DNA of 63,475 bases, filler included, from Choristocarpus tenellus KU-1152 (lineage: Eukaryota > Protista > Phaeophyceae): assembly GCA_964200185.2 (NCBI GenBank). It is 12 parts of 12 records of this genome, joined end to end, with 100 filler letters (N's around TTAATTAATTAA, not from the genome) between each part and the next. Parts side by side here need not be neighbours in the genome. Positions count along the whole stretch, not along the records: positions 11,007 to 18,319 come from CAXNAD020006351.1; positions 18,420 to 21,150 come from CAXNAD020025237.1; positions 21,251 to 25,022 come from CAXNAD020018010.1; 9 more parts are not named here. One strand, 5' to 3'. The first letter of the stretch is position 1. Every line of letters begins with the position of its first letter. Positions 11,339-22,599 of this stretch are shown one piece after another. The notes below the pieces were generated by a model. The model did not search any database, was not told the DNA's origin, and saw nothing but the letters and a program-made list of their open reading frames with translations. A program made the translations under genes and the position numbers.

Positions 11339-13606
11339 TTGGACCAGAGTACAGTTAGGAGAGATGTCGCCAGACCAGGGAGTCCAGCAATCTGCCAAGA
11401 ACAAGCTCCCGACCACCTTCTTTCTCAAAGTGGTATGTCTCAAGCGTGAGAGGGCAACGCTTTTCAAGACGACATGGGCTTTTTTGTAGGTGCTAGGTGC
11501 AAATGGATAATATGGTGCACTTTGTACAGTAAATGCCATACAGTTACTACTTGGTACTGACTTGATATTATTGATTGTCGACAGTATCGCCTTGACCCCT
11601 TTCTCAGGTTACATTGCTCTCTGGTATCTATTTGGCGGTGAGGAACTGGAGCTTGTTCTGGGAAATCGACACTAAACAAATATGCATATCTAGGTGCCCA
11701 CAACCAAAATCGACCCTTCCTTGAAGTCAAATCGCCCCTCTGTCTGTTGCTACGAACCTCACTGTTTAGAATATCACGTCGTTTGGTATCGTCGACACCA
11801 ATGGGACCAGAGCCTTGTAGCCTTGCCAATGAGGGAAACCTGTAGTTTGGTGAGGATGGTCTTGAGCTGCAGTGACTATGACACTACTGTCACAATATGA
11901 AGCGTGCATACGCACAAAGACTTACTTACATGAGGATGTATTTACGTCGAACTGTGGAGTATATTAGTATGTTGAGATAACCAAACGATGCACTCATCAT
12001 CTCACCCCATCCGCTCCTCCGTTCTCCTGGGTCCAGGGATATCTGTGCGACTTCGACGGTGGAGATTATCTTACTGACGATATCCATTTTTTCTGCAGGC
12101 ATATTGTATCCTTCGATTTGTCTAGTGGTTCTCTCTAAAGCCTCCTCCTCACGCACCTTCATCCAGAACTCATGGCTCGGGTGTGTAATCATTTTTGAGC
12201 CTTCCCACGACATTCATACTTGTGAGTTCACATCCCTGACTTGAAAGTTCATAATCGCGTAGTGCAAGAAATAGAGCCCGCCTTGAAGTATCTGCCAGGG
12301 GAGCAATAGATGATAGTTCATACTAGTAAGTACTGCAATATGAACTTGATTCTAACCCACACGCACAAGTGTTCAGGCACGCGCAAGTGTTCAGACAGAG
12401 GACCTGTGACTGCAACGAGAACGTGGGGGTATGAGGTGACAGTTTGAATCGCAAGTAAAATCTAGAAAATATTAATATGTGCTATTTATCAATACCAACG
12501 TTTTCACCTATGATGGACTACATATTTGGTCCAAGCTGGGGGTTGACCAAGATGGTTTATATGCAGTGCAGACTCTATTCTTAAGTTGGTTGTGTTCTTT
12601 TATATGTTGTTTCTTATTCCTCCATCACATCACCTGTAAAATGTGGGCGAGGGCATAACATGCACTCCGTACATGACAATACCATTCAATCTGAACTAAA
12701 AGTGTATTTTTCTTGTCTAAATGAAATTGATGGCAACCTCATTTGTGAGAATTGTTGAACTAATGGAATGATCCAGAAGAAGACTAAAGACTATTTCCAA
12801 CACTGCACTCAGTTGACAGTCACCTCAACTGAGTTCCGACTTTTGAGTTGTGGAGTCACCATGTTCATACTACATGTGGTGTTTTGTTTCATGATGTTGA
12901 AGTGTGTTTGTGTAAACCTTTTTCCGGGTATATCTGCTAACCACACACTCTTGTCATGTTACCTCTGCTATTCCAAAGACTTTGGAAGCTTGATTCTAGC
13001 CATGAGTGTGGTGCACAGCGTTGCTCACGTGGCAAGGTACATTGTGGCTGACGAGACTGACCTCATGTTCGGCGCAACTTCGGGACGATCAGGCATATTG
13101 CGCTCCTTTTCCTGCTTCCTGTAGTCCTCCCTATGAAATATGCTTGCATAAGGGAGAAGGTGTGTGATCCTGGGTGAAGTGGGGGGCTTAGCACTTTGAG
13201 TTGCTTTGGAGTACTATGATAGCTCTCACCTTGACATGGTAGCCTACTATAATATACATGGTCCAATATATGGGCAATAATTGAGTGTTATCTTTTGCTA
13301 CACCTTCAAATTGAATACTTGCTTTTGCATTTAGTTATAGAACTTGCAAATGAATTACTCTGGGATTTTTTCAGGTACTGTGCCCTTAGAAGCAGTAGTG
13401 TTTGTCATCTTCCATGACAATACCATCTGCCCTGTACCCTCTGTCATCTTTCTTTGCCAGTACTCCTACGAGATCCGGAAGGCTCTGCATTTCCTGGCTC
13501 TTCCCTTTCTCATCTGCATCAGCTTTCACAGCTCTGTACTCTCGATCGTTGGCTCTGTGATAACCATCTGGTGGTTGCTGGATTGGTTTTACACTACTAC
13601 TAAACG
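11339..13606 (+). pseudogene. Ferric reductase / NADPH oxidase-like gene, transmembrane part, with a frameshift (exons include 11585-11636, 12037-12221, 12979-13159, 13461-13606)
   Basis: Spliced reading ...LSKASSSRTFIQNSWLGCVIIFEPSHDIHT|YFGSLILAMSVVHSVAHVAR...PMKYACIREK|YSYEIRKALHFLALPFLICISFH has the paired heme His pattern; GT-AG sites; 1-nt shift near 13097. Confidence 0.7.
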
Positions 13607-13829
13607 GTAAGTGGGTTTGAGGAGTTATGGGCAAGAGATAAGGTCATTTGTCAAAGGTCTCAATGGTATATGTAGCCCTTCAAGATTCTTCTCGAAGCAG
13701 GGTCCTTGTATCTTAATCTTAGTTGGATACACTCCTCTGCAATGCAATCTTATCAACCTTGCCACACACGGTGGCTGTAGACATCATATAACAAGTCTGT
13801 ATTTCTCTTTCTCTGCCACAGTAGACTTA

Positions 13830-14053
13830 TTATATTGGGAAGACGTGCGGAAGTGATGTGAAGTTGCCAAAGTCCAGGGTACCTAGCAACATGTAGCTCT
13901 ATTACCAAGATTTTCAATAGTCAGAAATAATTATCTGTGGTAGTAGATTGAATATATAGGGAAGTAATGTGGAAGTGATGTGCAGTTGTCAAAGTCCAGT
14001 CTTCCTAGCAACAAGTAGCTCTACTAACAAGATTGTCACTAGTCAGTAATAGT
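13830..14053 (+). repeat. Diverged tandem duplication, ~120-bp period, 2 copies
   Basis: ggaagtgatgtg..gttg.caaagtccag..cctagcaaca.gtagctcta occurs at ~13850 and ~13971. Confidence 0.75.
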
Positions 14054-16098
14054 TCTGCCAAATAATAAGAGCGAAACTGTTAACATTTATTTTGACTATT
14101 GAAATACCACCAGCTCTCCCTTCAACAATTGTCTGGCGCATTCACTACCAAACAAAATGATTGACTTTTACAAGAAAATTGAATAATTCAATGCAGACAT
14201 ACACAGCTGCAAGTACGTCGATGCGTTTGTAGAACTGTGTATGTGCGATGAAGTAAAAGCGTTTGCATATGGTTTGCGCAACACATCGCACAATTTCTAT
14301 ACACTCCAGAAGCACGGCATCATATCTATCGATAATTCTGTAGTTGCAGGATACATAGAGTTTTGCCTTTCTGTTATGACTGAAAAGCTCTGCACCCTGT
14401 GCATCATTTGCACATTCACACCTCTGAGGTCAAATAAATGTCATGTACGCAATTCTTACGAATATTTTGTAATTGAGTAATGTGTGAGATGTCATCAGTT
14501 GCACATGCACTGACTGGTGTGTTTGGGACTTAACATCTCCTACGCATGTTGGAAGTCGAGTGTTGTGAAAAATAGCCTCTGTTGGCTATAGTGATTGTCA
14601 ATGCAAGCATGTTGGTGTAGCAGTTTCGCATGTTTTCCTAGAATGTGGAAAACATCTGGTTCACATTGGGAGCATGCCACTGCCCTTGACTACCCAATGA
14701 AGTATTCAAGTTTATCGTTCCCAAATCGAGAAAGAGTGGAGATAATGGGATTCTGGACACTATATAGAGTAGAGGAACGTAGGGTCATACCTGCAATTTC
14801 ATACAGTTCCGATTTCTCGAGATACTCCAAGCTAAGACATTATTTTGCAACACCATGTTTGTGCAGACATCCTATTGAAGTTCACATCAGTGTGAAGTTA
14901 AGCAAGATATAACAAGACACTTTCTGTTAGAGTTTTGTAAAAAACATGTTTTCGACTGTGGAGAGTTGTGGAACATGTCTTGCATTGTGCATCGGGATCT
15001 GGATGTTTTCTGACATGCCGCAGGTTTTGCATGTTTTGATATCAAATACTACAGGAATGGTCCTGAAAAATGTATTTGCATCTAGGAGGTGTCTTGGCTG
15101 GACATGCACTTAACGTACATCATTGCTTTTTCTTGTAGGAAGGGAGGGGCAAATGTCTACTAAGGCACCTGCCCGCACACCACTTAACAACCTTTTATTT
15201 ACCCAGCATGAGTGTTCTGGAGTGGTTGTCATGCAGTGTTGCCCCTCCAGATGAAGAGTAGAGAACACATATGAAAAAAAATTATGTTTTGAAATAGCAT
15301 CTGTAGTGTTATTTGCTGTCTCTTTAGTTACGGTGCTATGATAATGTCACTGCACCCACAAATGGTGACATGAGAAACAAGCAAACTCTTCTTGATAATA
15401 TGCTGTCATATTTTTAAGATTTGTGAGCGTGTGCAAATTTGCTGTTACTGCCTCTTCTCTGAAGATGTTTGGATACATTAAGTGAGCTCTATTTTTCCAA
15501 ATGAGAAGTTGTCTCATTTGAAAATAGTTTTCACCCATGGTGTCCTAGAGGCTTGGAAAAGTATGGAAGGTTGTCCATTCCCGGATTGATGTTGTGTTTT
15601 AAAACATCCCAGTTTGATGCTTGTTTTCGAGTGATTTTTTTTCGGATTTGATGCAGGCAGGGGTATAGAAAGGGAGGTGTGTCCGAATGAAGTAAATACC
15701 CTTACATCTGACACGTTCACTCAAATGACAGGAGAATTACTACAGGTTGCTACAAAGGCCATGAATGGACGATTGATGTAACCCTAGTATATTCTGGGCC
15801 TTTCCCTTGTATGTAAAGGGTCATATCATGAGTCCGCTAGGAACACCGTCATTGCGGCAGTGAGCAACACAACCATTTCCTCACAGAGATCCTGTCAACC
15901 AAATCTCATCCCTACATATAGAATATCTACATGCATTTTATGATAATATACAGGATCCAAATATATTTCAAACATGTATTTTCGAGTTTTAAGTGCTGTT
16001 CAGGGATCAGGGTGTACAGTTTTGTTGCTGCTGCAGTTGAGAATGTACGAAAATGATGTTCGTAGGTACAAAGCCTATCAGAACCAAATCTCTATTCT

Positions 16099-16354
16099 GA
16101 GCCAAATTATCTTAGAGGGTAGAGTCGCGTCCATTTGGGGGTGAAAATGCAATGTTGCGATTTTGATGTAATTTTGACTCTCGTGTTTGTTAGGAAGTGT
16201 CAATATCTATGTTTCGGACACACCTTTTCATAATGAATCATTATACCTGCTCCTAAACATTTTGGAGTAAGAAATTGTCATTAAAAAACATGGGAAGCCA
16301 AGCCCCAAATGGACAAACAGGGCAAAACTCGTACCCTCTAAGATAGTTTCGCTC
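16099..16354 (-). mobile_element. MITE family A, full copy
   Basis: Both TIRs; TSD TTCT. Confidence 0.9.
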
Positions 16355-16910
16355 TTCTGGCATATTGTTTTTTCCAAAATCCATGTTGTTAGCACTATGG
16401 ATTGGACATTTGCCTATGTGTGAGTCACCACAAAATTGCAACAAACAGGAGAGAGCAAAGTCTCTGTTGCGGATAGGTAGGAGAGGCAGGATCAATATCA
16501 GGTGTTTGGGAGAAAATGGAGTGATAAGAGGTGGGATGCATGAACCCAGCACGTGAGAAAGAAAACTAAAATTGATGCAGAATGTTTTGCTTCTGTGAAA
16601 CAGGTAGGTGCAGTGGTTGATGCTGTTGCTTTGTATGGAGCTGTCCAATGCCACAGGCCCTGTACATGCAGAATTCTCCCCTTTACTGTGGGGAAATGGG
16701 GGATCTTAACCGATCCTTGGAAAGTGAATCAGATCTCTATTTTGTCCAACGAAAGTATGGCTGTGCACTGTGGAAGATTTAACTTCGAACGAACAAAAAC
16801 AATGCTCGCAAAAAGGAGGGAAACTACAAAGTTACATCAGTAGAGGTGAGAGCATACCTGAAGTAGGCCGTCGTGATGTTGCAAACCTTTGCCTTGCTCT
16901 ACTCCTGCAG

Positions 16911-17088
16911 GACTCAGTGTATCTTGGGGGGGGTGAGGTGGTCTATGCCAGGGTTTCCATTGGACCAAAATGGAGAAATGTGCATTTACATTATCCATCC
17001 GACGCATGCAACCAAATCATCCAAAAATCGTAACATGAAAATTGACCCCAAATGGACAGCCTCCGCCTCCCCTCTGGTACTTTGAGCC
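16911..17088. mobile_element. Degenerate MITE of the GG(G/C)TCAAAGTATCTGGGG sub-family (family C)
   Basis: Left gactcagtgtatcttggggggg, right cccctctggtactttgagcc; shares ccccaaatggac with family A. Confidence 0.5.
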
Positions 17089-18251
17089 CAGATGGTTTGT
17101 GATGTAGAAAGTATCCTCAAGTATTGCATATACCTTCATCAACACGCTGTTGGTCATGGAATTAAACAGGAATTTTAAAGCTTCAAGATACTTCAAAATT
17201 TGATGTTGAAAGTGTTCTCAAAAGTGGCAACCTAACAGATGCATGAGGTCAGCCATCCTCTTCACCTGTCCAAGTCGTTGATCTTCTGAGTGACAGAAAA
17301 CGCACATATTGAGTTTATCTCTGTTTGATACCTATCTGGTACACAGTCACTTGTATTCAAACACCAATTGTTACAAACTAGTAACAAACCTATTTTGGTA
17401 GGAAATTGAGTGAGGAATGGTTTCAACTTGAAGAGTTTTAGAATGGGCACTACTGATCATTTAAGAAGTTGTTTTTCGCTCCCATGCCCCACTGTCCCTA
17501 TGATAGAGAGGTGTTTGAGGCCCAGTATTATCAAATATCGTGCAACATTGTACAAGAATAGCGAAAAAGAAAGTATTGAAAAACGGTACATCTGCAGGAT
17601 GGGTGTTTGTCTCTTAACTCCCCCTGATACATGTCAATGGCTCCCCAGGACCCGAACATGTAGCATTCTGCCCCAACAATGATTTAGGGCACATTATATA
17701 TACCCTTGGAAGAAAATGGTGAAACCATTGGCTGAACAATTCAGTGTGCCGGAGTATGGAACAGTGATGATGTGGCCAATAGATCCTGGTATATGATCTG
17801 TAAAGAATCTTGTCTTACGAACCAAGAGTTGACTTGGTGCAATGGAGTACTGATACATTTCAGTGTAATGGATCAGGTTTCGTGTTCTTGGAAAAAAATG
17901 GATTGATAATGAGGAAGCACGAATCAATTGTTGTACCCCGTTACATGCTTCAACGGGGAAATGAGTGGGACTCTTAACCAGTTTAAACATGTAACTGAGG
18001 GATCCAGTGCATTGAATTACACATCAGTGACGGTGGCAGTACAATGCAAACGCCCTGTGAAACAAGTTGTTGTATTCTGATGGTAGGGTTAGTTAACACA
18101 ATTAAATACTGATTTATTCCAGTACAATGGTTCAGGTTCCGTGCTTTGAGGTGCCTTATTGAATAGTGCAATCAAGCATAAATCAATGCTGATGTGGTAA
18201 TCAAACATGGTGCTTTCAAAATTGGCTAGCAACCCCTTGCCCCCAACGCGC

Positions 18252-18319
18252 TGAACGACCGGCTCAGAACTGTAGCGGTCAAGGGGAATCCAACTGTTTA
18301 TTTAAAACAAAGCATTGAG
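18252..18319 (+). rRNA. Degenerate 28S (LSU) rRNA fragment at contig end
   Basis: ctcagaactgtagcggtcaaggggaatccaactgtttatttaaaacaaagcattg matches conserved LSU CAGAACTGG..CGGACAAGGGGAATCCGACTGTTTAATTAAAACAAAGCATTG with substitutions. Confidence 0.75.
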
Positions 18320-19486
18320 NNNNNNNNNNNNNNNNNNNNNNNNNNNNNNNNNNNNNNNNNNNNTTAATTAATTAANNNNNNNNNNNNNNNNNNNNNNNNN
18401 NNNNNNNNNNNNNNNNNNNCCTTCCTAATTCCAAGCTTTCTGGATGGGGCGCCCTCTTAGACGTGCTGGACCGAACGCCCTTTCGTATGCCCTTGGACAT
18501 AGAGCAGCCCGCACATGGCTCCAGCTCACCCACCAATGTAATGCCCATTAAGGTGGCGGTGGACTTGAGCAATGCCTCGTGTGCGTGGCCATGAGAGCGA
18601 TGGAAGAGGGTAATGTCGATCTCCGTGTGGGGAGCGTGGGGTGCAAGCGAGGGGGCTATAGTGGGCTTTAAAGTAACTTCAGCATTTCGATCTAGTCGCA
18701 GCAATATGTGTTGACCATGGAGGGTGTAGTGGCAACCAGGATCTCTTGTGAAGTTAAGTACTCCATCTAATAGCGAGAATGTGCTGGCTGTAAAAATGCC
18801 TTTTGCACCCTTATCAGCTGCTGCTTGGCAAGGGAAAAGGTTGAATCCAAGATCAGGGACATGAGCTACATTTTGAAGGAGTATTTCTACCTACTTGTTG
18901 TCGCGTGACAGAAACAAGATGATGATTAGATCACCATGACCAACGATGCAAAAATAATTTTTGCTGGCAGTGACTACCCTTTCGTTTCCAACGCAAAGGC
19001 TTGTAATTTGTCATGTGAGTTATCATATTAGTTACGTAACATGAAGCAGCACTGTCCAAAATCCATTCTTCTCTCTCGCCGCCAATCCCAACACTTGACA
19101 CCAAACATTCGTTTGCCCCACACTTGCCTGGAGCATTGCTGCTCGGAGAGTCTTCAGTTGCGACCAGTAGTGCGTATCGCTTATCGTCGCCGCAATTGGT
19201 GGTACTTTCCACAGTAATGTGGGAAGGATCGCCTCAGTCTTGATCTCTTCTTTCCCAGACTGCACCGTAGTCAAGAACACCGAAGTGCATGTTGTTGCAT
19301 CATGGGCACGTCCACCACATTTGGTGCAAATGCGGTTTGGGCAAGCTGTCTTCTCATGTCCATGCTTACCACATCTCTCACAAGGAATCTTCTCGGAAAT
19401 TTTTGGGTTGGAATTAGAACCATTTTTCTTTCTTCCACCATTAAGTTTTCATTCTGCCCCGCGACCTTGGCCGTTGCGATGAGTAG

Positions 19487-19727
19487 TGTTATCCTTACGT
19501 TGTTTGTGCTGACACAAGTATGTAACATAGGTTACACGTACGTTTATAATTGGTTAGGTATAATACAAAGTACGTACGTATATAAAATATAATAAGTCAA
19601 CATTAATCCACACGTCAGTGATGATGGATGGTTGACGGGCAAATAATAATCCAGTATGTGCTTTACCATGTAGTTCAACTGCTAGCTTCCGGTGACGAGC
19701 CTTACGTGCGCGCCAAGCTTTTCAACA
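19487..19727. mobile_element. Probable solo LTR inserted in copia gag
   Basis: TGTT...AACA ends; interrupts gag between KGRSQ and HRNGQGRG; imperfect 5-bp flanks AGTAG/ACTTG. Confidence 0.55.
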
Positions 19728-20045
19728 ACTTGACTCCTCCCTTTCGATGAGCTGTTAACGACCAAAGCATGACTGTTCTTGTGTCTTGAGTCCTTCCCCT
19801 GATGAAGGGAAGCATATTGCTCTCTAGCAGTTTTCTCTACGTCTGCTTGACATAGTGGTCTCTTCGAGGCCATCTTGCGTATCTCAATATCGTAATCTGA
19901 TCCGAGAGCACTCAGGAACTGAAGGAGCAGCAGCTTATCCGAGATGACCAGGTCCATTGATAGCATCCTCCCCCGTAGCTCTTCCAAGTGGTTTAAGGTC
20001 AGGATCGGATTGGCCCCCTTCTCCACCTTTGAAGTGAAAAACTCC

Positions 20046-20607
20046 GAGTGAAAGTATCTTTAACAGCCGATTTCAAAAATTGAGGATGTAATACAAAAAA
20101 AAACATATCGACACTTTATCCCAGTCAATTTTGGGTCAAGCCCATCCTCAATGAAAAGCTCCATCCTCAATTTTGAAATCGGCTGTTCTTTGAGGATAGG
20201 AGTTTTTTCCTGCTTGTCCATTTGGGGCTTAACTGCCCACATGTTTTTAATGACATTTTACCTACTCCAAAAATATTTTTGGGTTTCAATTTTGTGCTAT
20301 ATACATTTACTATTTACCTATCATATTCTTGATCATGACGATTTGGCAGTGCAAGAGCTGATTCGGAATCACACGGCAATACAGACTACAGCTGTGTGTA
20401 TCCAAAGTTAGAATGTTGAGCAACCTTTTGACAGCAGGGTAAGAATATTTCGGAGTAGGTAAAATGTATACGTTATGAAAAGGAGTGTTCGGAATAAGGA
20501 CATTGGCATCTCCTAAAAAAATTATAGCCAAGATTACACTAAAATTACAACATTGGATTTTGGGCCCCAAAATGGACGCACTTCTACCCTCTAAGATACA
20601 TTGACTC
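20046..20607 (+). mobile_element. MITE family A copy carrying two internal insertions, inserted in copia gag
   Basis: Left TIR at 20046, right TIR ends ttgactc at 20607; gag reading QYLLGE..FFTSKVEKG rejoins when it is removed; TSD imperfect. Confidence 0.85.
20062..20187 (+). mobile_element. MITE family B (126 bp) nested in the left TIR of a family A copy
   Basis: TIR AACAGCCGATTTCAAAA(A)TTGAGGATG / CATCCTCAATTTTGAAATCGGCTGTT; TSD CTTT. Confidence 0.85.
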
Positions 20608-21574
20608 TCACCCAACAAATATTGGCTATTCCCCACTGTATTAGGCATGAACCAATCATCTATTGCTCGGAAAAGCTTGCTCGGTCTTTGGTGCGTATAG
20701 CACAGTGCCCTGGTGGTGGATGCAACGAGAGCAACAGTAAGTGCATGGTAGGTAGGCCTCTTCGGCCATCCAGATATCATTCGCACTGAAGCCGTCCAAG
20801 AAAAGTTCCTCGTTGGAGCATTCTTGATTGACTGGTCTTTCACTTGTCAGCACATCCAAACAGTGAGAATATCTGCAATGCACGATGAAACGCCTCCGCC
20901 AGTCCCGGTTGTCCGAGTTGTCCAATAGCTTCGGTGGTTGGGTTCTCGATCTCTTCGTCGTAGGGCGAATAATATGTGCGCCTGACCCCAAGCTCTTCGA
21001 AGAACCGGACCTCCGGCTTGCTCCACTTCTGATGCTCGCAGCATCCAAACTGTTTCCCCTCTCTGGGAATTTTTCCCTCAACATGGGTTCCATAGGACCC
21101 ACTTCGACTGGTATGCCCCCAGCCGGAGGCCGTGTGCTGGGCACAGCGGCNNNNNNNNNNNNNNNNNNNNNNNNNNNNNNNNNNNNNNNNNNNNTTAATT
21201 AATTAANNNNNNNNNNNNNNNNNNNNNNNNNNNNNNNNNNNNNNNNNNNNAAGGGAGCGACGAGAGGCGTTTCGTTCTGGGCGTCGACTAGGACATCCTT
21301 CCCGAGGTCAAAGAGTGGGTGGGCGAACACAGAGGAAGAAAGGGTGGGGAGGCTTTTTTCCCGTCTAAACCCTTTATACTTTAATCAAGTAATAGTACAT
21401 CTGTTGCCACTCTTGGTGACCTACAATCCAGGGTTCGAACCCCAATACGAGCGCTCTTTCTTCAAAAAAAGAAAAATATGCGAAAACAAAAAAACGAAGC
21501 CCGTACTCTGGAGGGCATTGTGACGGGCATCACGAATATGCTTTTATGTCTTAAATCCGATGTCTGTATCAAAC

Positions 21575-21832
21575 GAGTGAAAGTATCTTAGAGGGTACGA
21601 ATTTTGCCCTATTTGTCTGTTTGGCGTTTGACTTCCAACGGAGGTTTTCTTACATTTTTCTACTCTGAAATGTTTCGGAGTAGATAAAATGTGTATCGTA
21701 TGGAAAGTTGTGTCTGGAACAAGGATATTAACACTTCCTAACAAATACAATAGCCAAAATTACATCAAAATCGCAACATTGGACTTTGACCACTAAACGG
21801 ACACGGCTCTACCCTCCAAGATGCTTTTACTC
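21575..21832 (+). mobile_element. MITE family A, full copy
   Basis: Both TIRs; TSD AAAC. Confidence 0.9.
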
Positions 21833-22141
21833 AAACGTTATGATAGAACAACCCCAGACGCATAAGCTACTGGTACCACTATTTATGCCAATCATACCAA
21901 CCTGGATTCTCCACACATGATGCCAACTATCGAACCGCAAAAGTCACATCAGGCCTATTCATTATTGATGCCTAGTGTATCCCACCAACTATCGATATGT
22001 AGCCGTCTGGAATATACCTCTCCGTTACAGGCGAATAGCTTGAGTATTTATTCCCGTGCTCTAACCAGTGCGAGCAGTGTACGCGTGTGTGGAACCCCCA
22101 AAAGGGGGAACTCGGATTTGCTAAAAGTCGCAGAGTAAGAT

Positions 22142-22385
22142 GAGTGAAAGTATCTTAGAGGGTACGAGTTTTACCCTGTTTGTCCGTTTGGGGCTTGGCT
22201 TCCCACGGGTTTTTTTTATGACATTTCCTACTCCGAAATGTTTCAGAGTAGGTATCATGTATATGCCTGGAACGAGGATATTGACAATTCCTAACGAACA
22301 CAATAGCCAAAATTACATCAAAATCGCAACATTGGATTTTGGCCCCCAAGTGGATGCGGCTCTAACCTCTAAGATACTTTGACTC
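22142..22385 (+). mobile_element. MITE family A, full copy
   Basis: Both TIRs; TSD AGAT. Confidence 0.9.
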
Positions 22386-22599
22386 AGATCTGTAACTTGG
22401 GAGTGCATGCAACGGTTTTCATATGTATTTGAACGTCTGTAAACCAGAACAAATAACGGTAGATAACGATAAAAAAATTTAATGTAAGATCAACGCATCT
22501 CTTCTCTCACTTTACGTTTTTTTCCGATATCAAAGACTGAGATTCATATACGTGCTTATTTATTCAGAAGAGTACCTTCGTATGCTGACCTGATATTCA

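Larger units (their letters stand above)
18420..21150 (-). mobile_element. Decayed Ty1/copia retrotransposon (gag, zinc knuckle, protease, GAG-pre-integrase) with nested insertions
   Basis: UBN2-like gag ISDKLLLLQFLSALGSDYD; knuckle CTKCGGRAHDATTC; protease WILDSAASCYVT; HRSHGH..EPCAGCSMSKG; frameshifts. Confidence 0.88.

Noticed and set aside
21413-21443. TGGTGACC..GGTTCGAACCCC as a tRNA or primer-binding site
   Set aside because: No cloverleaf; T-loop to CCA spacing is wrong; no clear LTR end or gag follows
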